Assembly (NCBI GenBank): GCA_043228905.1 | Contig: JBHGNT010000020.1 | Location: 620,001-684,000, forward strand | From: Azolla caroliniana | Taxonomy: Eukaryota; Plantae; Polypodiophyta | Reading direction: 5' to 3' | DNA: 64,000 nucleotides | Shown: positions 38,268-49,670 of the stretch, piece after piece | Layout of the letters: every line of letters starts with the position of its first letter | Numbering within the stretch: position 1 is the first letter of the stretch | Translations under genes and position numbers: made by a program | Notes under the pieces: generated by a model | Database searches by the model: none | Seen by the model: only the letters and a program-made list of their open reading frames with translations | Told to the model about the DNA's origin: nothing

Positions 38268-41200
38268 ATGGACAAAGGTATGGCGAGTTCACTTCCTACA
38301 ACAAAGCTCGACCGGAGCAACTACGCGTCCTGGTCATACAAAATGCACTAGTACCTACTGGGGCATGGGTACTGGAGTTTTGTGGAAGGAACGAATGAGG
38401 TAGCACCAGCGCCTACACACAAGGACTTCCCGGTATGGGACCAAGGAGCGAGCTGAGTATTATACTGCCTCGTGTCCTGTGTGCACGACCAAATGCTCGG
38501 CTACATCAGGGATGCAAAGACGCCGAAGGAGGCCTGGGAAAATCTGCGTAAGATTTTCGCCGCAAGTACCACAACCCGTAAGTTGCAGCTTTGGCAAGAG
38601 CTGAACAACATCTGATGAAGAGATATGTCGGTTATGGACTACACCACCAAAATAAAGGAGATTTGCGACGCGCTCGAGTCCATCAACATGACGGTGGACG
38701 AAGACGAAATGGTACAAATCTGCCTTGGTGGTCTAGCGCAAAGGTACGGGCCAATCCGGACAATGATCTGCACTCGAGAGAAACCACCGACCTTCTTCGA
38801 CTTGCAATCGATGCTGATGGTCGAAGAAAACCACGTGAGTGGGTCCAGGACCATTCAATCGGACAACCGGATGTTGTACACGGAGGCGGATGGGTCTCGT
38901 GGGCGTGGGGGACAAGGTGGGTCGGCACGCATTGGAGGCGGCCGACAAGAGCAAGAAAGAGGGCACAGAGAACGTGCCGACAACAGTTCCAAGACTTCCA
39001 CAAGAAGGGGGAGTCAAGGCGTCGTCGGAGGCCGGCAAGACAAATCCGCCACGGAATGCTGGTACTGTGGCAAAAAGGGCCACAGAGAAAGCGAGTGCTG
39101 GAAGAAGCGCGCCGATTCGGACAGATTTGGATCCGGCAAAACCGATCGGGAGAACCGACAAAGGTCGCACTACGTGCAAGGATCGAAAGGATCCGGAACC
39201 GGGAAGACCGGTAAGGGGCCAGCCTTGGTGATGAAGCACGAGGCAAATTCGATGAAGAAGACCACTTCCAAATCGGAGGAAGTATGGTATGTTGATTCCG
39301 GTGCGTCGAATCACATGACGAGCCACAAAGAGTGGTTCTCCTTCCTGGAGAAACCGGAACAACAAGGAGTCGTCGAAACCGGAGACGACACTCCTCACCC
39401 AATCGTGCATGTTGGAGAAGTCCCTTTGAGCCACATCGGACAGAGGGAGAAGTTGATGAATGTATTACACATTCCGACCATCACGAAGAACCTGGTTTCG
39501 GTTGGACAGATTGGTGACCAGGGAATGCAGGTGAGGTTTACACACCTTGGGTGCTTCATCGAGGAAGAGGGCCAAATTATCGCGCAAGGGCGTAGAGATG
39601 GGAGGATGTTCATCCTCAACACCAATGACGTTGGCACCACTTTGTTCGCCAAAGGAAAGAAGGTCGAATCGGACATCGACCTGTGGCACAAGCGGATCTA
39701 CCACGTCAATTACCGGAGGCTTCAAGACCTGCAAGCGAAACAAGTTGTTTTCGGTTTGGCAAAGTTCAGTGGCCGGAAGGCCCCAATATGTGAAGCCTGC
39801 CAACTCGGGAAGCAACACCGGTTTCCATTCCCCACCGAATGAAACCGTGGCGTAACAAGCTCGACCTTATTCATTCGGATGTATGGGGACCAACACAGAA
39901 CGTTAGTCTTGGCGGGAATCGGTATTTCGTCTCCTTCATCCACGACTACAGCCGGCACACATGGATCTACCTCATTGAGTGGAAGAGCGAAGTCTTTGAG
40001 TGTTTCCGGAACCTGCAAAGTCTGGTTGAACGGGAAACGGAGAGGAAGATCAAGTGCTTGTGGTCGGATGGCGGGAAAGAATATTTTTCCGACCAATTCA
40101 ACAGTTATCTACAACAAAAAGGAATTCAAAGAGAGTTCAGTTGCAGATACACACCGGAGCAAAACGGTGTGGCCAAGAGGAAGAACCGGTTGATTGTTGA
40201 CGCGACAAGGGCAATGCTAGAAGAGAAGATCATGCCCTATTTCTACTGGGAGGAGGCGGTTCGGATGGCCGTGTACATCCAAAACCGGATCAGTGACAAG
40301 GAGTCAGCACATGAGCTATATTTCGGGCGCAAGCCGAATTTGTGACACCTTCGGATATTCGGTACCATTGCATGTGTGCATGTGCCGGATGAGAAGCGGA
40401 GGAAGTTGGATGCAAAGTCGGAGAAATGCATCCTGGTCGGTTACTCGCATGAGCAAAAGGGGTGTAAGTGTTATAACCCCCGAACGAAGCAGGTCCGAGT
40501 TAGCTAGGATGTTGAGTTTGATGAGAAGACATCATGGTATGCCTTACCGGCTCCGACTTCCGACCCCGACCCGACATCGAAGGATGAGGCTAGTGAGCCT
40601 GAACCGGTCCAGATAGAAGATGAAAACCTCGGCACTCTAGAAGAGTTCGATCTCATTCCGGCTAAGTGGACCGAATGAGCGGCTGAGTTAGGATGACCAG
40701 TTGGATGAGGAACCGACGAGTAGTAGAGACTCTGTCGTACTCTCCCTGCGCAAGGAACCGAGGAGACGGTTCACTCGCAAAGAGAAGGGGAAGAAGAAGA
40801 TGCTAGAATACGAAACCGGCAACGTTGAGTCAGATCGGAGTGAATCCGACTCCGGAAAGGACCTGGTCAAGAAGGGCCCCAAACCGGGTAATACCAAGTT
40901 ACGTCGGTCAACCCGCCAAAAGGAACCTGTTATGCAATACGGTTACAATGAGTACATGGTGCATCACTATGCATACATGACCAAGGTGGCGGAAGTGCGG
41001 GAGCCGGAGAGCTACGCGGAAGCGGCAAAGGATGCCAATTGGCGTGCCGCTATGGAGGAAGAAATGCGGACACTTGATGCCAACGACACATAGGACCTAG
41101 TTGACCCTCCCCGACATTGTAAACCGATCGGATGTAAGTGGGTGTCCAAGGTAAAGTACAATGCCGATGGTTCGGTTAACCAGTACAAGGCCCAATTAGT

Positions 41201-42527
41201 GGCGAAGGGATACGCGCAGACCCACGGAATCGACTACGATGAGACCTTCGCCCCAATAGCAAAGATGACGGCGGTTCGTGTGGTACTAGCAGTTGCAGCG
41301 GCAAGGGGGTGGCATCTTCACCAGATGGATGTGAAGAATGCATTTCTTCAAGGAGATCTTGAAGAAGAGGTCTTTATGATACAACCCCCCGGTTTCCAAT
41401 CGGAGATGAACAAGTCGGCGGTATGCCGCCTGAAGAAGTCACTTTATGGCCTAAAGCAAGCCTCCCGAGCTTGGAATGCGAAGATCACGCACCGGTTGTG
41501 TAAGATGGGGTTTGTGGCCTCCAAATCCGACTCTTCACTGTTCATCCGACAAGGTCCGAATGGTCCGGTTTGCATCTTGTTGTATGTTGATGATCTAGTC
41601 ATCACCGGACCCGGACTCGATGAAATCAACCGAGTTAAGGCCCAGCTGTTGGACGCATTTGAGATGAAGGACTTGGGGGACCTTCACTATTTCCTTGGGA
41701 TCGAGGTGATCCGAACCCCCGACGACATATTGCTCTCCCAAAGACACTATGTGTTGAATATGTTGTACAAGTTCGGCATGCCGGAATGCCGACCGGTCTC
41801 CACACCCCTGGACTGGAACCAAAAGCTTCGTCCCGACTCCGGACCGGCCTACGATGAGAAACGATTACGACAAATTGTCGGAAGCCTTATATATTTGACC
41901 ATCACCCGACCCGACATCAACTATCCGATCGATGTGATTAGCCAATTCATGCAGAAGCCGACCGTAGAGCATCTTCAGTGCGAGCACCGAATACTGCGGT
42001 ATGTGGGCGGCACGAAGGACCGAGGACTGTTATACTAGCGAGGTATAACCGAAGAGATAGTCGGTTACACGGATGCCGACTGGGCCGGTGATACATCAGA
42101 TCGCCGATCAACTTCTGGTTATATATTTTCCCTTGGTAGCGCGGTTGTTACGTGGAGCAGCAAAAAGCAGCCAACAGTGGCCCTTTCGAGCATTGAGGTT
42201 GAGTACCAAGGCGCTACCATTGCCACCTGTGAAGCCATTTGGCTTCCGGGATTGCTGCAAGACCTATGGATCGAGGTACCGACCCCAATCCTGATCTATT
42301 GCGACAATATGAGCAGCATTGCAGCATGCCAAGAACCCCGTGTTCCATGCTCACACAAAGCACATAGAAGTGCATTATCACTTCGTGCGTGAGCAGGTCC
42401 TAAGCGGTGAAGTAGAACTTCGGTATCTTCAGACGGATCGGCAGGTTGCCGACATCTTCACCAAACCGCTTGGATCGGACAAGTTGCAGCACTTTACCGA
42501 AATGCTTGGTGTTCAGCATGTCGACGT
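38268..42527 (+). pseudogene. Gag-Pol of copia E (several stops and frameshifts), continuing at 51467
   Basis: CWYCGKKGHRESEC; WYVDSGASNHM; LWHKR..CEACQLGKQHR; LIHSDVWGP; TPEQNGVA; LLYVDDLVI; TDADWAG; KHIEVHYHFVRE. Confidence 0.95.
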
Positions 42528-44055
42528 TGTCGCGCAGATTTCCGGCCACAGTATGAAACCAGGATAGAAAGGGTGAATCGGTGGTGTGCAACATGTGCAC
42601 ATGCACTTGTATATTTGTGTAATAAGAATAAGATAGCCAAAATGTAAGGGAAGGGTAATAATCTAAGGTGCCAAAGGGGCACCACGGAATTCGTGGAGAG
42701 TAAATGTGATGTGCACTTGTAGACTAGGGAGAGGTACATAAGGAACAAGAGTGTAGGAGTGATGGGCATTGAATAGGACGGCTAGGTGAGTGAGAGTTAT
42801 GGCTGACGGTCTCAAGATCGAGATCAAATATTCTCCTTTGAAAAGGAGAAGGGAGAATTTGACCACTCATCTTGTATTGGGCCTCACCCCTTACATCTAT
42901 AAATGGGAGTGAGGAGTCACATTTGAAGGGGTTGCTTAATTTTGAGTGTGAGTGAGGTATACCACTTAGTCTAGGGTTCTCCTTCTTCCCATTTCGCTTT
43001 AGGGTTAGGGTTCGCTTAGGGTTTTCTTATTCTTCTTCTTCTGACTAATTCGCTTACGGTTTCATATATCGTGGGGTGCGGTCTATGCGACCACGATTAT
43101 TGTAATCATTCATTTCTTAATAGAACTTCTTGTTGAGTATCTTGACTCCATCTTCTTCTTCTTCTTCTATCATAATGTCATATTCGTTCTCTTCTCCTCT
43201 TGAGCTATGAGCTAATCTTCGTTGTCTTAACCTTTCTCCTCTTCTCCCTAGTCCAAGACCCCCGTGGTCCCGCCTAGGATCTACACGTTGTCGTGAAGAA
43301 AACCGCCCACAAGAGGAATCGGAGGAACAAGGCGTGGGAAACGGCTCTACACACACGCGCGCGCCAAGAAGTACCTAAGGACGAAGTAGGTACATACGAG
43401 GATCCTAGGTGGGAAGATTCGGTTGGTATGCAGTTAATGCCAAACGGCCCCTTGACGGGCTATAAAAGGAAGAGGAAGAATAGAAGTGGGGGCATCTCCC
43501 GCGGAGAGGACGAAGTGCTGCCGAACCGATTTCGGAGCTTCTCTCTCACTCCTGCTCTCTCTCTGTCTTCTGCTCCATCGCGTACCTGTGCAGGTTTCGA
43601 GGAGGCCTGCGCGGCTCCGTGGAACGCCCCGAGTGCGTCCTGCAGCACCTCCGACCTGTTTTCCCTTTCTGTGCGTCGCGACATACAGGGGTCGGCAGCT
43701 GTTCGCCGCCCTGTTCGTTTCGTTAGTATCTATTTTTTTTTGTGCCCCACTGTGGGTTGTAATGCTTTAGTCTGTTATTTTCTTGCATTCATAAGTACAT
43801 ATCTCTCGTTGTTGCGTCCATCTGCGTCGGCGTTTATTTGTGATCTCTGTTTGTTGGGCCGTGTCCCTGTGCAATTGTCGGTTCTGCGCAATCGGATCTT
43901 CGGTTCTGTGTAATCGGGTCTCTCTCTCTTACTCCTCTCTCTCTTGCTCTTCGGTTCGAGACCCCCGTGGTCCCTCCTCCTTTCTACACGCAAGGGCGTA
44001 GCAACCCCGACATCTTGGTGAACCCGACGTGAAAGAGGCGGCAGAAGAGTAGGAA

Positions 44056-46182
44056 ATGAAAGGGGCGGATCTTGCAGAGGCCATGGCTTCGGCCGTGGAT
44101 CGGATAGTAAGCGCGCGCGAGGGCACCGGCGCCCTCGATAGAGCTATTGAGGCGGTCGTCGGAACGATCGGTCGATTCACCAGAAAGGATGCCACGAAGT
44201 ACCTGGCGTCCTACGGTGCGGAAATGTTAATGCGGGACATTCCGGAAGACAGGCGTCTTGCCGGTTTTCCCCGAGTGGCGATGCCGAGCATCCACGCGGA
44301 GGTGCTCGAGGTGCGGGCGGAGAGCCGTACCTGGGAGGAGTTCGAAGGTCGGCTCCTGGAAAAATACGGACTGGACGACGCGCTCCGGCTTTCGAAGCGG
44401 AGCTTCATGGAGTGGGTGGAGTCTCCCGGGAAAGGAAGGAATGCGTCGGCTCTCCTCCGGGAGTTCGAGGAGAACTTCGCGCGCCTTTCGGCGCTTGACA
44501 GGATGGTCCTGGATACAAGCCGGGTCCTGCTGTTCGTCAAATCGGTTGACGAGAGGGATCGGAGTCACGTGGGCGCCCTGCTAGAAACCGAAGACGGGCT
44601 GACGGCCGACTGGGCGGCGGTCAAGAGAGCCTGCGGCCGTTTCGACAAACGGCGAGAATGGGAGGATGACAGAGCAACCGGGTCGGGCTCAGTCGCGGCG
44701 AGGAAACTCGAGCCGGCGCAGCCGGTGCGAAGGGAAGAGACTCGGGAGTGGCTGGAATCCGGTTCAGCTCCGACCGGCGTGATCGGAGGCTCGACTGGAG
44801 GGGCTGCGTTGGAGGAACTGACGAGGGCGATAAAAGACCTCCAAATCGCACAAGCCCGCAGAGAAGGCGGAGGTCCTGCTCGTGACCGACGGCCGGCGGC
44901 AGGGAACAGGTGCATGTGGTGCGACGGGGTCGGCCACGTCCGGAAAGACTGCGGCGATTTCGCAGAGGCGCTGAGGAACCGGGTGGTGTACCTATGGGAA
45001 GGCCGGGTTCACGCCAACGACACGAGAAGGGCCCTAAACCGAAACGACGGGCGAGGCGGAATGAAGAGGTTGATGGAAGAGGCGGCGGCCCGACATGCGG
45101 AAACCGTCCACTACTCGGCGTCGGCCGGTATTCGAGTCGGGGGTGGCGAGGCCCGAAAGGAAAGCAAAGCCGGATTCTGGCCGACGATGCTGGAAGGCCT
45201 TGCCGGTGCAGGGCTTAAAAGGGAGGAATCGGACCGTGCGGAGAAACGGGTACGGGAGATGACCGGGTGGAGCGACCCGGTCGAGGAAAAGACGGGCTTC
45301 GTGGAAGCCGCTTGCCGGAACTACGAGGCTCTAGTAGAAGAGAAGCGGGTGGGGAAACCCGGGACGACCGGGCCCTCACAACGATACGAGACCCGGTCCG
45401 GGCCACGACGGGACGAAGCCGGCGGGGCCGGTACGCAAGATAAACCCCAGAAGGGCGGATACCGTCTGGGGACGGAGATAGAAAGAACCACGGACTTACG
45501 AAAGGTCCTGGAGGAACGGATTCTCGACAGCAAGGTGGAGCTGTCGCTACGGGAGGTGCTGGGAATCGCCAAGAAGGAGTTCCACGACTCCATCGTGGAC
45601 TTGGTGAAACGGAAGAGGCTGTCAACGGAGGCAGAACCGGAAAGACCGGTGGAAGTGCGGACGACGCACCTGGACGACATGGCGCTGGAAGACGAGTGGG
45701 CGGAGAGCCACTATTCGCGGCCACACTGGGCCCGAGCGACCACGGAAACCCCGGTAAAGATCGGCGATGTCCAGGAACCGGTAGTAGCTTTGGTGGACCA
45801 CGGATCGGAAATCAACCTGATGTCCATGGACTTCTATAAGAAGGGCAAATGGCCGATCAACACCAAGCACGGGTGGAAGATAAGGGCAGCGACGCGCGCC
45901 ACCGAGGAACTTCACGGGGCCTGCCCGAATGTACGGGTCAAGATCGACGATGTCGAGATAGACCAGCACTTCTTCGTGCAGGAGTCGTCATCGCACCCCG
46001 TCATACTGGGAGAGCCGTACATCACGGCGGCTCGAATGGAGACCAAGGTGCTGGACAACGGTTCGGCCTATGCGCGGGTCAAGAGCCAGGACGGGCGCCA
46101 TTCGGTCCAGTTTTTGACGGTTAGGCCGAACCATGAGCGTAACCGCGACTCCCTCGGTTCCGATAACCGAGAGGATTTTTAG
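44056..46182 (+). CDS. gag: Gag-zinc knuckle-aspartic protease polyprotein (element A)
   Basis: 708 aa. CMWCDGVGHVRKDC knuckle. Protease ALVDHGSEINL...ILGEPY. Ends EDF*. Confidence 0.93.
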   Translation: MKGADLAEAMASAVDRIVSAREGTGALDRAIEAVVGTIGRFTRKDATKYLASYGAEMLMRDIPEDRRLAGFPRVAMPSIHAEVLEVRAESRTWEEFEGRLLEKYGLDDALRLSKRSFMEWVESPGKGRNASALLREFEENFARLSALDRMVLDTSRVLLFVKSVDERDRSHVGALLETEDGLTADWAAVKRACGRFDKRREWEDDRATGSGSVAARKLEPAQPVRREETREWLESGSAPTGVIGGSTGGAALEELTRAIKDLQIAQARREGGGPARDRRPAAGNRCMWCDGVGHVRKDCGDFAEALRNRVVYLWEGRVHANDTRRALNRNDGRGGMKRLMEEAAARHAETVHYSASAGIRVGGGEARKESKAGFWPTMLEGLAGAGLKREESDRAEKRVREMTGWSDPVEEKTGFVEAACRNYEALVEEKRVGKPGTTGPSQRYETRSGPRRDEAGGAGTQDKPQKGGYRLGTEIERTTDLRKVLEERILDSKVELSLREVLGIAKKEFHDSIVDLVKRKRLSTEAEPERPVEVRTTHLDDMALEDEWAESHYSRPHWARATTETPVKIGDVQEPVVALVDHGSEINLMSMDFYKKGKWPINTKHGWKIRAATRATEELHGACPNVRVKIDDVEIDQHFFVQESSSHPVILGEPYITAARMETKVLDNGSAYARVKSQDGRHSVQFLTVRPNHERNRDSLGSDNREDF

Positions 46183-46239
46183 AGAGGGCTGCCAAGGCGT
46201 GGGGCCGCGACAGTCCGGACACCCTGGGAAAACCCCATA
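46173..46239 (+). other. -1 programmed frameshift signal (slippery G GAT TTT plus putative H-type pseudoknot)
   Basis: Heptamer at 46173-46179 directly before TAG. 6-nt spacer. Stem 1 GGGCTG.C/GACAGTCC. Loop GTGGGG pairs with downstream CCCCAT. Conserved in C at about 55121-55187. Confidence 0.75.
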
Positions 46240-49200
46240 CCTGTACGATAAAACCGAAGAAACCTTGTACCATAGGTAGGGAATTTTTGTTCTCCGACAG
46301 CGGAGCGTGTAAGATAGTCGGCATCGGAGGCCGAGAGAAGGCAAAGGCGGAGGGGAGACTTCGAGCGTGCGGAGTTCTCGGCCCGGACGAGGAAATCAAC
46401 GGGGCCGTGGAGGCGGTCTCATTCGGCGACACCTTGGGAATGCTGGGAAAGGTAGTCGAAGAAGGCCTTAACGAAGACCGGACGATACCGGTGTGTTCCG
46501 AGGAGATGTACGAAGTCATCGCGGACTTCGGTCGAGGGCTCGAGTCAGTTCGGACGGCCCACGTAAGCACCAAGTACAAGACTGTGGACCGGAAGGTAAG
46601 GCCAGTCGCGGCACCCTTACCGGAGGACAGTGCGTCGAGAGTCAAAGGGGTTGCATCGGACCCTAGTCTACGAGATCCGGCCTGCATAGGGCACACCTTC
46701 ACCGACGAGACGCTCCGAGAGCTCAAAATAGGTGGGGGCGAGTTCCTACTGCCGGCGGAGGAAGACCGGTTTCGGAGAATGCTCGGAAGGCACGGGAAAG
46801 CCTTCGCATTCTCGCCGGAGGAAATCGGGTGCGTTGACCCGACGATCGTGGAGCCGATGGTGATATTCACGGTACCGCATGTACCATGGAATCTCAAGCC
46901 AATTCCGGTTCCGAGAGCTCACATCCCGAAGTTGATGGAGCTGCTGAGGCAGAAAGTTGATATGGGAATTCTCGAGCCGTCGAGCGCCCCATATTCAAAT
47001 CGATGGTTTACCGTACCGAAGAAAAACGGTTCGTTGCGCTTCATCCAGGACCTGCAGCCGGTCAATCGAGTGACCATTCGGAACGCAGGGATCGGACCGA
47101 CCATAGACGAGTTCGCGGAGGCCTTCGCCGGAAGGTCAATTTACTCGGTCGGGGATCTATACTCAGGGTACGACCAGTTCCAGCTAGCCGTGGAGAGCAG
47201 AGACATTACGACGATGCGAACTCCCCTCGGCCTAGTTCGGATGTGTACACTGCCGCAAGGAGGGACCAACTCGGTGGCCCACATGGTGAATGCGATGAAC
47301 AAGGTTCTGAGGGACTGTATCCCGGACATCACCATGCCGTTTCTGGACGACATCCCGATCAAGGGATGCCCGGTGGAAGAAAAGGACGAGACGATCGGGC
47401 CGGACGGATGCCGGCGATTCGTGGCGACGCACATCGACGACTGCGAGAAGGTGCTGCAAAGGCTAGAGGATGCGAGACTCACCTTCTCCGGGGAGAAGTC
47501 GGCCTTCGGGCAGTCAGAAATCATGGTGGTCGGACACCTGTGCGGACCATATGGCCGGAAACCGTCTCCGGCAAAGGTAGAAGCCATCTCCGCGATGAAG
47601 CCCGACTGCAGCTCGGTCACGGAAGTACGGAGATTCCTGGGGGCATGCGCGTTCTACCATATATGGATCCCGCATTACGCACACGTCGCGGAGCCACTGT
47701 ACGGGTTGCTGAAAAAGGGGCGAAGGTTCGAATGGCTAGACGAGCACGCGGAATCGGTCCGGAAGCTGAAAGAGGCCCTTGCAGCGGCACCGGCACTCCG
47801 GAAGGCGGTATACGGGAAGGGTACCCCGGTATTCATAACGGTGGATACCAGTCCGACTGGGATCGGATGGGTCGTGAACCAGGAAGACGAGGACGGCAAT
47901 CGGTTTCCGATCCGATTCGGCGCGAAAGTCCTCAGTGAACGGCAGCGAGGATACGCCCAGGTTAAACGCGAACTCTGGGGTATTGTTTCGGCGGTTAAGG
48001 CCGACAAAGACTACCTGATAGGGACGGAAGTGATCATCGAGACGGATTGCCTGCCGATTCTCGGTATGGTTTCCGGATGCGCGACTCCGGACCTGGCGAT
48101 GCTCAGGTGGATAGCGTACGTCAAGTCCCTGGACCCGGAAATACGACACATTTCCGGGAAAGACAACGCCATGGCCGACATGCTTTCGAGGGCGAGGTTC
48201 GACGACGAGGGCGGCATGGTTTCGGAAGACGAAGAAGTCGGCGTGGATTTCTTCGAGGCGGCATACATAACAACCGACGGGGTGAGCACTCCGGCGCTTA
48301 ACGAGTTCGACGCGAGCAAGTACGACGGGGAGTGGCTGCAGATCGGCGGGTTTTTGAAGACAATGACGCCCGATGCGTCATGGACGAAGGACGAGGCCAA
48401 CCGGATCCGGAAGAAAGCATATCGATTCTTTCTCCGAGATGGGCATCTATGGAAGCACCCGAAGAAGAAGGACGGCGTCCCGCTCCGGGTGGTGGCGATG
48501 AAGGAAGTACGGGAGGAGCTACTGGCGGCCTACCACGACAGCCCTTGGGCTGGACACCGTGGAACGTGGGCGACGTTTGAGAAGCTGAAGGGGAAGTACT
48601 GGTGGCCGGGATTGTACCGGGACGTGCATCGGTTCGTGTCAACTTGCGAGAGCTGTCAGATGCACTCGATAGTCCGACACCGGGACGGGCTTCACCCCAC
48701 GTACCCTCCGACTATCCACTTCAAATGGATGGTAGATCTGGTGACGATGCCGATGGGGGTAGGACAGATGCGGTATCTGGTCCTAGCGCGGGAAGACCTG
48801 ATGAACCAGGTGGAAGGCCGAGCCCTTCAGAACAAGACGACCGCGGCCGTGTGTCGGTTCCTAGTCGAGGACGTGATATGCCGGTACGGATGCGTCGGGA
48901 AGATCGTGGCTGACCGAGGGGAGTTGGACGCCGAAGAGGCCGCGGAGCTGTTCGACCGGCTTGGAGTCAAGCTCTCGCTCACCACTGCGTACAATCCGGA
49001 GGCGAATGGAAAGGTGGAGCGCGGACACGGACCGATCGTCAAGGCGTTGATTCGGGCATGCGGAGGCCGAGTCGGTAACTGGCCCCGGCTGCTACCTTAT
49101 GCTTTGTGGGCAGACCGGACCACGCACAGTTCGGTAACCGGGTACATGCCGACGGAGCTCATGTTCGGCCAGAAGCCGATCATGCCGATTGAACGGACGA

Positions 49201-49670
49201 TCTCCTCGTGGGCAACGGTCGACTGGAGGGTCGAGATGAGCCGGGAGGAGTTGTTGGCCGCACGTATACGACAGCTCGAGCGGAGACCGGAGGACGTGGC
49301 ACTGGCTGCGGAGAAGCTCCGGGTGGCGAGGACAAAGAACAAAGCCCGGTTCGACCGAACGCACCGGCTACGACCGAAGAAAATCGACGAAGGTGACTGG
49401 CTGCTCGTCTACGACAGCAGCCTCGACAACCAGCACCGAGCAACGCGGAAGTTCGCACAGAGATGGTTCGGGCCGTACACGGTACAGAGCGCCAACGACA
49501 ACAGGACGTATCATCTGGCGGAGCTCGACGGTACGAGAATAGCGATACCCGTGGCCGGGAAGAGGATCAAAGCTTTCAAGAAGCGGCACGACGACGAACC
49601 CGACCCGATTCTCCTGGACAGCAGCGACGACCGATCCGAGGCCGAGGAAGGGCCGGCAGGCGAAGAATAA
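46173..49670 (+). CDS. pol: Pol (RT-RNase H-integrase), -1 frame, probably reached by frameshift
   Basis: Frame open from the GGATTTT slip site. RT: WFTVPKKNGSLRFIQDL, DLYSGYDQF, LPQG, FLDD. RNase H: VDTS..RELWG..TDC. Integrase: HHCC, DLV/DRGE/PEANGKVER, GPY. No chromodomain. Confidence 0.93.
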   Translation, partial: GFLERAAKAWGRDSPDTLGKPHTCTIKPKKPCTIGREFLFSDSGACKIVGIGGREKAKAEGRLRACGVLGPDEEINGAVEAVSFGDTLGMLGKVVEEGLNEDRTIPVCSEEMYEVIADFGRGLESVRTAHVSTKYKTVDRKVRPVAAPLPEDSASRVKGVASDPSLRDPACIGHTFTDETLRELKIGGGEFLLPAEEDRFRRMLGRHGKAFAFSPEEIGCVDPTIVEPMVIFTVPHVPWNLKPIPVPRAHIPKLMELLRQKVDMGILEPSSAPYSNRWFTVPKKNGSLRFIQDLQPVNRVTIRNAGIGPTIDEFAEAFAGRSIYSVGDLYSGYDQFQLAVESRDITTMRTPLGLVRMCTLPQGGTNSVAHMVNAMNKVLRDCIPDITMPFLDDIPIKGCPVEEKDETIGPDGCRRFVATHIDDCEKVLQRLEDARLTFSGEKSAFGQSEIMVVGHLCGPYGRKPSPAKVEAISAMKPDCSSVTEVRRFLGACAFYHIWIPHYAHVAEPLYGLLKKGRRFEWLDEHAESVRKLKEALAAAPALRKAVYGKGTPVFITVDTSPTGIGWVVNQEDEDGNRFPIRFGAKVLSERQRGYAQVKRELWGIVSAVKADKDYLIGTEVIIETDCLPILGMVSGCATPDLAMLRWIAYVKSLDPEIRHISGKDNAMADMLSRARFDDEGGMVSEDEEVGVDFFEAAYITTDGVSTPALNEFDASKYDGEWLQIGGFLKTMTPDASWTKDEANRIRKKAYRFFLRDGHLWKHPKKKDGVPLRVVAMKEVREELLAAYHDSPWAGHRGTWATFEKLKGKYWWPGLYRDVHRFVSTCESCQMHSIVRHRDGLHPTYPPTIHFKWMVDLVTMPMGVGQMRYLVLAREDLMNQVEGRALQNKTTAAVCRFLVEDVICRYGCVGKIVADRGELDAEEAAELFDRLGVKLSLTTAYNPEANGKVERGHGPIVKALIRACGGRVGNWPRLLPYALWADRTTHSSVTGYMPTELMFGQKPIMPIERTISSWATVDWRVEMSREELLAARIRQLERRPEDVALAAEKLRVARTKNKARFDRTHRLRPKKIDEGDWLLVYDSSLDNQHRATRKFAQRWFGPYTVQSANDNRTYHLAELDGTRIAIPVAGKRIKAFKKRHDDEPDPILLDSSDDRSEAEEGPAGEE

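Noticed and set aside
42995-43025. TTAGGG telomere-like repeats (also about 51150-51178)
   Set aside because: Only 2-3 imperfect units inside LTR B; at most a telo-box, not an interstitial telomere.
43293-43913. 206-aa ORF, and its 211-aa twin at 49732-50367
   Set aside because: Lies within the LTR, is not conserved in the LTRs of C or D, and has no domain signature.
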